Below, piece by piece: positions 54,003-64,000 of a stretch of 64,000 nt of DNA. Both the position numbers and the translations under genes were made by a program. The stretch's first letter is position 1; the number at the start of each line of letters is the position of its first letter. The stretch is from Chrysomallon squamiferum (taxonomy: Eukaryota > Animalia > Mollusca). Under the pieces are notes generated by a model, which did not search any database, was not told the DNA's origin, and was given only the letters and a program-made list of their open reading frames with translations. Location of the stretch: NCBI GenBank assembly GCA_012295275.1, contig CM022674.1, positions 11,780,001-11,844,000 on the forward strand, given 5' to 3'.

Positions 54003-57000
54003 TTAACCCACTCGCTCAATCCACTGGATTATTTCATTCAGCTTAATGCTATCCTCATTCAGGCCTTGAAGGCTGCACTCAGCAAACTCCACGCGCAAAG
54101 GTTTCAGATCGGAAAACTCGAAATCCTTGTTTCTCTTACCCAAGTAGCAGTTATTGTTTGCAGAAGAGTTGTCTGTCCCTTGAAGTGCAGCAGCCTTTGT
54201 AACCCTCAAATTGTTCCTTTGAAATAAAAGAAATAACTGCATCAGTGAAGAGAAATAAAGAGAACTGTGAGTAAATCAGTTTTGTTTGCTCAATAAATCT
54301 GTTTAAAAAACTTCAGTTGTTATTTTAGCAAGGTATAAACATATACATGAAGGGCTAGTAACAGCAAGGAAACAAATTTGGATCACAGAGTAATAGATGT
54401 TGATAAAAGAATAGCTGAACCAGTGTAAATCATATTTAGTTCTGTTCATCAACAGCTTTTTGTGTAAAGGAAATTTGTTAGGAAACCAAAAACATTTTCA
54501 AAAAGAATAAAAAATAAAATTTACTAAAATGGGAGAAATAAGAGGAATATTAATAATGTATGCATCTCTTTCTCTCTCTCTCATTCACTGTACACAGACA
54601 TATATTAATATTATTAATATTATTAATAAAAATAATTACAATAAAAATATACATTTTGACCTCTACTCACATTTCTTTTTCCAGGTTGCTCTGTATAACT
54701 TTGGCACTTTTAGTGAGAGTTTTGTCCTGTTTGTTACAGGCAATAAGAACTGGTGGGGCGCAGCTGGAAATTACACTGTCACTCAAAACAGTGTAGAGAA
54801 ACCTGAATAAATCATTAAATTAAATAAATAATAAATTAGTTTATTAAATCTGAATAAATTAATAAATTACATCAATAATAAATAACTTCATGAAATCTGA
54901 ATAAATCAACAAATTAAACAATTCTTAAATAAGTTCACTTTTACATTATCTTTCAGCAGGGGTCAGTATTGATGCTATGAAAAACAAAAACATTCTGTGG
55001 CCTACTCTTATAAATTAGCAGCCAAAGATATTTTGCATGCTCCTTCCCACAGGTTGGAAGATCATAAACTGGCTTTTCATCACTCAAAACAGTGCAGAGA
55101 AAGCTTGAATAAACCAGTAAAGTAAATCAGTAACTAACACATAACTGGTTCGAATGGGAAAAGCATGCACACCAGCAGAACTAAGAAGAATTGATCTATC
55201 ACACCTCAGAGCTGCATTTCTCTAACTACAAACAAATAATATAGAATTTTCTTATCAAAAATAATATTTTACAGTCTTCTGTCATGTGGGTTTTTTTTTT
55301 CTGTCTGTCTAGATGTCAATAAAATAAATATTGCTGCTAATGGGTAACAATGCAAAACAGGAAATGAATTTTCATAAACTATTTTTTAATTTCGAAGTAT
55401 CTTTTAACCATTAACAACATATTTTTTTAATAAGTGACATTTTTAAATACTGGTTTCTTCAGGCTGGGAAGTTTAGGCCCTGAAGAACTGACCCTACAAA
55501 ACACTTACTTTCAGTTTATAGGAATACACTGAGTTTTGAGTTAGAATTACAAAACAATATTTTACTCACTCAGCAACATCTTTTATTTCTTTCTGAAATG
55601 TCTCACTGTCAATGACAAAAATGATTGCTCTAAAAAAAAAAAAGAAAAAGAAAAAACATACATAAAATAATAATAATAATAACAATAACATAAACAAATA
55701 AATTTAAATTAATAAAGTCCATTTTTAAAATTTTGTATTCATTTGTTGTTGTTTTTCTGGTGGGGAATAATCACTCAGTTTACATCTATGCCTAGTTATC
55801 AGAGATCTGATTAAACATATTTTTATTTTTAGTGCAGATATAAAAAGGTCATAAAAAACTGAATAAATATACTTTCATTTGTCAAACTTTTCAAATGAAC
55901 CAATTTATATTTTTATTCTATCAGTAGTTTTCTGCATTCCACAAAACCAGTGAAAATCAAATTTCATCTTGAGTTTTAAAATCAAACAAAACCAGGACAC
56001 CTTGAACCTTTATCACATGGCTTATTACCTTCAGGTCATTTTGTTTTTATTTCTCAACTTTCTCGTTTTTTTATTTTGTTTTTTCAATTTCTACAGGTTT
56101 TTTTTTTTTTTTTTTTTTAATAGTGTTATTGTGTTTTTTTAAAAACAAGGAACATCTTCTGTGATCACTATGAAAGCATCAGGTATCAAGCTTGAGTATA
56201 AAAAATAGTTTAAACTGTTTTATATCTGAAAAGCAGCTGAAATGTAACAAAATATTTAGGAAAATATCCACTAACAAATTGTTCACCTAAACTGCAAGAT
56301 TAGCAAAAACCAATGAATTGTTTCATCTAAGCTTTTTTGAACTTCAAATGAAAGGATACTGTTCTCTAATTAAGAGAATTCTGATAAAGAGAGATAACTC
56401 TACCTGGCCTGTGACTTGTTCTCTTCAAGGTTCTGAATGCGAAGACGTTCATGACCAGGCAAATCAATAATCTTTAGATCTCTCTTTTTGAAAAATTAAA
56501 AAATCAAAAATTAATTCATAAATAAATAATAACTTAATAACAATTTATAATTAAAAATAAATAGTAATAAACTAAAAAATAATAAGACAGTAAATAAATT
56601 AACAATCAGTAACACTTAAATGACATTTAATAATTAAACCATAAATAAATATTATATTACACTGAAACAATACAAAGAAAATTTCATTTCTATCAGAATT
56701 AAAATTTGTTATTTATAAACTTGCACTATTCACAATTACTTAGGTTTTTTGGTAACTTGCAACAGAAGAGTGTGTCAGTAAATTTACTATTTCTTGTCTA
56801 TTCTAGTTATTAATATCAACAGAATTTTTAATTTTTGTTCAAATGAAATATTCATGACACTTTGACAAGAGAGGTGCATGACCTAAGTATAGTGTTTATT
56901 TGACAGGAATTCAGCAAGTTTCTGATTGAAAAACGTGTGCCAGATGTATGGTGAGTATTTAAAAGGAATTTAGCAAGTTTATTTGGGTAAACTGAAATGG

Positions 57001-58464
57001 GGGTATTTAATATGACAATAACCTGTAAACACTGAGTCTTTGTTAAATGGATGGAGAGTATATTGTGAGTAACACAGTAGGCTGTGTCTGTGTGGCAGAT
57101 AGCTGAGTGAACATGACTGACTCACATTTTGTAATTTTGATAGAATTAAATAAAACTGGTTATCACCATGGATACTCACGTCTGTTGAACGTGACGAGTA
57201 ATTTCCCTCATTTTTCTTTATTGACGTGTAGGTTTCTTTAAATCTGCCATGAGTAAGCTAAAATAATAAAAATAATAAATAAATAAATAATAATAATAAA
57301 ATGGAAATTATCAGATATTTTACAGACCCTGGAACAATGCAGGAACAACAGATTTTCAAAGAATTTTGATTAATTAGAATACTTTAAAACACACATTCAA
57401 AAACAGTTATGTGGCTAACTACTAGTGTATATTATTATTTTTATCTTATGAATTATAAAATATTTCAAAACCTTTTTTTGGTGGGGGCTGATGAATGTAG
57501 ACTTTAAAAATTTTGTTAATTTATACACATGAATGCTAGAGATTAATTCAAAAATAACTTCTAAAATTTATCCCTGTCTGGGTAACAAAACAATACACTG
57601 AATTATAATTTTTCAGTCATATTCCAAAACAAATGCAAATATGCCAATTCAATTATGGACAAATGAGAACATTGATATTAAAAATCAGACAAATACTTAC
57701 AAAAGAGAAGGAACTTTTTTTTTTTTAAAGTTCCCAATGAAAACAGATAGTTACAAATATAGAAAAAGAAATATATCTTAATTTAAATATATATTTAAAA
57801 AAAAATCATTAATGAAAGAAAACAAAACAATAAAAAAGCACAAAATCTTACCCAACTAAACAACAAAGTTTTTCCTGCTCCACAAATTCCCAGCACTAGG
57901 ACACCTTTTTTACTTGTGACTCTACCAGTCAAATAAAACACCAACACTAATAAAAAATTTATAAAAAATAAATAATAAATAATATATATTGAGTATAATT
58001 TTTAACACTAACAAAAACATGTTATCACAATGTAATAGGACCAACCATTTTTTGAAATTTTGCAGTAGATTAAGCTTAAACTATCAGTTACAACATCAAG
58101 ACAATAATTCAGTATTTATATTATATATTGGCTATATATTTCCTAACTCAGTAAATAATATCATTAAAAGATGTTGGTAATGCACAGCAGATTACTATTG
58201 TTAATATTAAACTGATACAAGACTGTAGACTTACAAGTTACAGTTTAGCAGGGTAATATGGTATCTATAATTACAAATCTAATTAAAAATTAAATTTAAT
58301 TTCTCACTACATAAAACAAATATAAACTGTTTGATAAATAATCAGAACAAAATTATATTTTAATTACTTCATGGATTATTCAGTTGACATTATAAATTAA
58401 TGAAAATGTATTTTGATTACAAGTCACTTAGTTACTGTTTAAATATTAATATTTTAAATAATAA

Positions 58465-58530
<66 letters not shown>

Positions 58531-58793
58531 AATAAATAAATAATCAAAGAATAATAATAATAATTTTAGGTAAAACAACAACTTGTATTATCAATATGTT
58601 TTAACTAAATCAGTAAATCATACTAAATGTACGAACAAGATCAGCCAGATTAAGATTTATAACATCGTGTCCATATGTTATCGAAAATACGTATACCTAA
58701 GGTCAGAATGCCAATCACTACAGCAATTAAAATTCCAATAGATGTAGGATCATATTTAGCGAGACTATCAACAAATTTTGAAATGTAATTCAT
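54003..58793 (-). CDS. SRPRB: Signal recognition particle receptor subunit beta (~251 aa)
   Basis: Exons 58793-58697, 57946-57852, 57257-57180, 56483-56404, 55629-55570, 54802-54671 and 54216-54003 (756 nt). N-terminal TM anchor, P-loop GICGAGKT, ETYTSI, IIDLPGHERLR, IIFVIDS..FQKEIKDVAEFLY, IACNKQD, LEKEMNNLRVTK and LGKRNKDFEFSDL are diagnostic SR-beta motifs. Confidence 0.95.
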
Positions 58794-59843
58794 TTTTAAA
58801 AATAAAATATTTAATAATTTAAATGCCCAAACACTTTCCAAAACCAATCTCGTCACGATTTACAACCAAGAGTAACCTCCCTTCCCCATCATTTCCACAA
58901 ACGAAAATCAAAGTTAAGCACTTCATTTCCGGAAAACAAAAGTAATTTGATTATCAGGAAGGGACAAAAATGTATAATCTGTCATACGAAAAGGAAAATT
59001 AAAAGAATATTCTTAACTTATTTATTTACTGTTCTTTTAAGTCGTATATTTCTTTCTTCAAATTTGTCCTAAGCTCTGCACGTCATATACAAATAATTTA
59101 TATTAGAATAATTCTCTATCATTTAACAGGGTATGGAAATTACAATATTTAACATTTCACATCGTTCGTTCTTGTGCGGAAAGTTGTCAGTCAGCAATAA
59201 ACATTCAGGGACCTGTGAACTTAAGTCTGAAAATATACTGACAGTGTTAAATAATTACTTTCGACAAACTCGGAATAACCTTGTGGATCGAACAATTAAT
59301 ATTTAATTACTATTTGAGTTTTCAACATAACCTTAATTAGTTTTTCTTTAACTTTCAGTTTATAAAATATAAGGATATTAAGTTTTTATATGACTTGTTC
59401 TTTTTTGTTGTTTTTGTATTGTTTTTTTTTTTGTTGGGGGGGGGATATATGAATTCCTGTTAATTGTTTAGTGGATTGGACTTTAAGTTAACTTCGTACC
59501 GGGTGACAACACTGTTTATTATTTTGTGATGGAACAAAGTTTAATTACACTACTGAAAGCCCCGTTACATATTACTAATACGTCAGACAAAAAATGCTGT
59601 ATAGAATAAAAAATAGATCGTACTATAAAGCATTTGACTATTGTTTTCCAAGTGGATTAAAATACTCATATTGCATATGTCGTACATGGATGTTAATATA
59701 CACCGGCCCGTAGATTAAGAAAGGAATTTTGCGATGTCATTAAAATAAATCTATCACTAATTAAAAACGACTGTTAGTGCTTTCCATTCGTCACTCTGTA
59801 ATACTGACATCGAGCTGGATAGTACTCCACATAATTTATTAAA
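58794..59843. promoter_or_regulatory. Head-to-head (possibly bidirectional) promoter region of SRPRB and mucin-like paralogue 4
   Basis: The two ATGs are divergent and 1.05 kb apart. ETS-like TTTCCGG at ~58927. Parts of the region are conserved in the three duplicates. Confidence 0.55.
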
Positions 59844-59890
59844 ATGGAACTGTTTTTTTCTATAATTGTGCTTGGAATCGGTGAGTTTAA

Positions 59891-59924
<34 letters not shown>

Positions 59925-60461
59925 TATATATATATATATATTTTAATTATATTTTTTTCCATAATAAGCTATGTTATTATTAGTATAGTGATGATGGCGA
60001 TGACAAAGATAATGATGATAATAATGATGATGATAATTATTATTATTGTTATGGTTGTTGTTATTGTTGTCATTATTGTTAGTGTTATTATTATTATTAT
60101 TGTTATTATTATTATTATTATTATTGTTATTATTGTTGTTGTTATTTGTAATACTGGTTTTCATTTATTTGTTCATTTATTTAGAGAGATTTATTTTTTA
60201 ATTAAGTGACTATAGGCAACATGAGTATTTATTTATTATATTTATCAATAATAGCCAGCCTGTTTTAAATCGGCTTAGTCTGACACGAGAAACACACACA
60301 CACACACACACATATACATACATACATACATACATATATACATACACACACATACATACATACATACATTATATACATAAACACACATATACATACATAC
60401 ATACATTATATACATAAATATACATCAACATGTGTGTGATTAAAAATGAACAGATCATTAT

Positions 60462-60519
<58 letters not shown>

Positions 60520-63500
60520 TGTGTATGCATGTTTGTTGAGGTTGAACAAAGAATCGAAAAATTTAGTGAAATTAAGAATATACAATGTTATGGGTTCAAA
60601 TAGGGTTATATATATATATATATATATATATATGACTGTTTTCTGATTGCTCTTCCATTAAACCTACACATCCTCATATAAGCAACAAACTGTAAACTGT
60701 TTTTGAAAAGTGTCTGCTAATTTTACACGATCTTATTGCGAGAGATGTACGTCATCAGTACTTTGACTTTCTATTTAATATGCAAGTTTCTTCATAAAGT
60801 TTTTAAAACATTTAAGCTGTTATTTCCCATTCCAATCTGTATGTTAAAATAAATCAGTCTGATTATATTACATCCACAAAGTAAAACAGAGAAAAAAAAT
60901 GATAACAGCAAAATTATAATAGTATTATAGTAGTACATTAATGGGTGTAGGTGCGCTAATGTCCACTTTTAAAGTGGGTTTATTTAATGACTAAAAAATA
61001 ACAGACAACAACAACAACATCAATAACGATGATGTTTTTCAATTAATTTTAGGTGTATGGCTGCCGTTAACTTCACCACACAAAAATACTGTCACAACGC
61101 CTGCAACCACACCGACAACTGAGTCCAATTTCGGAAGATACGGAGTTTTGGCATTTTCTTTGGCGCTCATTTTAGCATTCATCCTGCTGGTCGTTTTAAT
61201 ATTCGTCCTATTTCAACCGTGTTATTATTGCAAGAAAAGAAAGTTCGTGTTTAAAAAGAACATGAAGTTGCTAAATTTCAAAAAACCTGAATCCAACGTA
61301 GACAGACATGACGATGCTTGTACGGTGGATCTCAGTTCAGCAGAGGAAAATACATCTTCACAAAAGAGTCAGGCAGGAGTGGAAACTGTTCAGACTGAGC
61401 CAACCAAAATTACACAAGAAAAGTAATTTTTTTTAATAAACTTTTGTTTATCAGATATATATATATATATATCTTTTTCTTTTTAAATAATTGTTCTCAG
61501 TAGTCATTGCTGTTGGTATAATTGTTGTTGACGACCAACCTTTATTATGTACTAAAAACATAAAATAAAATAACAAAATAACAAGCTCATACAAAGACGG
61601 CTTGACGTTCTAATTTTGATCGTGACGTCATTTAGTACTGAGAAAGATAGAAACAAACTGAACAAAGAAAGTAAATCATTTATATACGTCCCGGTGTTTG
61701 CATTTGTCATTAAAATATGTGTACGAAATGACGTCAAGGTAAATGGGGGAAATGTCTTCACCGGTACATCCTCGTCACCGGTACATCCTCGAACATCTGC
61801 TTGTTCTATTATTATACTGGTAATTAGTATTAATTAGAAACCATATTATAAGAAAAGTATTTTAGTGGTAATAGTAACAATAATTATTATTGTTGAAGTA
61901 GAAGTGGTAGTAGTTGCAGCGGTAGTAAAAATATCAGTTGTGATAGTCGTGATTGCAGTAGTAGTAGTAATAGCAGTAGTAATATGAATCTGAAAAAGTA
62001 GTGGTAGTAATAGTAGTAACGGTAGTTTTAATGTTATTGTTGAAAAATTAGTAGTGGCAGCAGTAGTAGTAGTAGTAGTAGTAGTAATAATATTTTTGTT
62101 GAAAAGTTGTAGTGGTGGTGGTAGTACTGTTATTATTAAAAAAGTAGTAATAGTAGTAAACGTAGTAGTACTTGTAGTATTATTATTAGTAGTAGTAGTA
62201 GCAGTAATAGCGGTAGTAATAATATTATTGTTGAAAACATAGCAGCAGTTGTAGTAGTTGCAGTAGCAGTAGCAGTAGAAACAGTTAAAAGCATACTAGT
62301 AGGTGTAAAAAATATATTACATTATAGCTATGTGTTGATTATTAAACAAATAAATAAATTTCATTTATTCTATTTTATTTTATTTATTTATTAACTTATT
62401 AATAAATATTTCTTTTCTTTCACAAACACATTTCCGGAACATGCACTCACGCACTTATTAAATATACTGAAATATAGCAACACATTAACGACCGTAATGT
62501 GATATCTTTGATTCACGTTTGGGTTCTTTTTTTCACTATTGTCAACACAGGAAGGATTCTGACGACAAAGCCGATGTGGTCTCAAACCATACGGATGAAC
62601 TGACTCAGAAAACAAAGGAATCGGGCGCTGGTAACCAGGAATTCGTTGCTGTAGATCTGAATTCACCAGATGAATGTAGTTCTTCGGAGTCTCGAGAAAA
62701 GACAGGAGATGAAACAGATCAGCCTGGAAACTCAAATCCGTCAGAAGAACCAAAGACAGAAACAAAAGAAAAGTTAGTGTAATGGTTTTCTTCTATTATT
62801 TATAATTGGATACCCTACGTTCTTGTGATTTTGTATGTATTATTTTATTCTTAAATATTTTGGTCTGTTACCTGCCACACACACACACACACACTACATA
62901 AATACAGGCTTTAATATATTGTCAATGTTATTGAAATCTTGCAACTAAAATCGTCCTGTTATCTTCCCACAGAAAACGACAATTCGCCACATTCCTCAAG
63001 TCCATTAAAAAATATGTCATAGGAATAACTGAAAAAAGCAGTGTTGAAGAAAACGAAGAAGCCAAAGATGGATTGGAGGCAGGTAAATCAGAAAATGGCG
63101 CTGGTCTGGCTTCTGCAAATGACGTCACATCCACTGTCCCTCCGGTCACTGACGAGATAAAGAAGAATGAATTAGTAACAGAAGAGAAAAAGAATGCAGG
63201 CGAAACATTAACAGATAACATAACGAAAGCAGACAAGTCGGAAAATAAAGTCGTCGAAGATCGGAAAATCAATTCGTCAGATAATGTAAAAAGCTCGGAA
63301 GGAAAAGCAGACGACATTAAGCATACAGATACTTCAGAAGAGAATAAAAATGACACAAATAAAAGCAACTCGAGTGCGACAAGTTCAATGGCGGAGAATC
63401 AACCTACGGAATCGGCGAAAGCGTCATCGTCAGCGACATCTGCAAACGCAGATGAAACTAAATCTGATTTTCAACAAAAACCAGACGAAATGAAAAAGGT

Positions 63501-63558
63501 TGAGAATAAAATACCTGTAAATACAGAAAATAGCTTTGCTTCAGACGTCACGTCTTAG
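59844..63558 (+). CDS. Mucin-like type-I membrane protein, paralogue 4 (intact, ~404 aa, very short ectodomain)
   Basis: Exons 59844-59880, 61053-61422, 62551-62772 and 62973-63558 join in frame (1215 nt). Protein: MELFFSIIVLGIGVWLPLTS, TVTTPATTPTTES stalk, TM VLAFSLALILAFILLVVLIFVLF, PCYYCKKRK, acidic tail. Confidence 0.82.
61860..62285. repeat. Degenerate (GTA)n-rich tract in the family's second intron (homologous tracts at ~34430-34835, ~35165-35460, ~12225-12430)
   Basis: Direct reading. Confidence 0.8.
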
Positions 63559-63954
63559 AAACTCTAACCTGTAAGATTCATAATGAACTGATGTAATAAT
63601 AATAATAATAATAATATCTCGTTATTTAGTTAAGATATAAGAACATTATCACGTTCAGAGCCGCTTTACAGCGAACCTTTGTGAAATACTGAAACCTCCG
63701 TTAGCAATCATCCCATTCATCAGATAGCAACGTTAAAAGTACTATTTTTATACTCTGACATTATTCCCTGATTAAATATAAACTAAACTTAGCTTAGACT
63801 TCATTTCATACGAAATTAGAATGAAAATATTTTCACTACAACTAGTTGTATGTGTGTTTGCAAATTAAGTCCCTTTACTCATATCGTAATTACGATGCAA
63901 ACCTATTTTTTATTTTCACATATTCTGTAGCTCTATAGTGCATAGTCAAAACTA

Positions 63955-63994
<40 letters not shown>

Positions 63995-64000
63995 GTTATT

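Noticed and set aside
61636-61670. Possible micro-exon TEKDRNKLNKE in paralogue 4
   Set aside because: The exit phase is incompatible with the next exon, and the splice sites are not conserved in copies 1 and 2.

Overview
AT-rich, intron-rich animal genomic DNA (invertebrate-like, plausibly a mollusc; the taxon is inferred, not shown). Three single-copy genes can be spliced by eye: a zyxin/LPP-family LIM gene (+, CDS 1415-5944, ~435 aa), a 16-exon gene with an unusual ubiquitin-like / ~4 TM / armadillo-repeat architecture (+, 39478-49528, ~650 aa), and SRP receptor beta (-, 54003-58793, ~251 aa). Around them are four paralogues of an unrecognised single-pass S/T-rich (mucin-like) membrane protein: three tandem on - (10.7-38.4 kb) and one inverted on + (59.8-63.6 kb). 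They differ widely in ectodomain length, exon content and intactness. Each minus-strand copy carries a relic of the SRPRB promoter/exon 1, and the internal units also carry copies of the LPP 3' region, so the locus records an inverted duplication plus tandem amplification. Also present: a Tigger/pogo deletion derivative, hAT-type MITEs, a ~5.6-kb insertion with transposon-like relics, minisatellites (27, 60 and 63 bp) and many microsatellites. No RNA genes or CRISPR arrays were seen.
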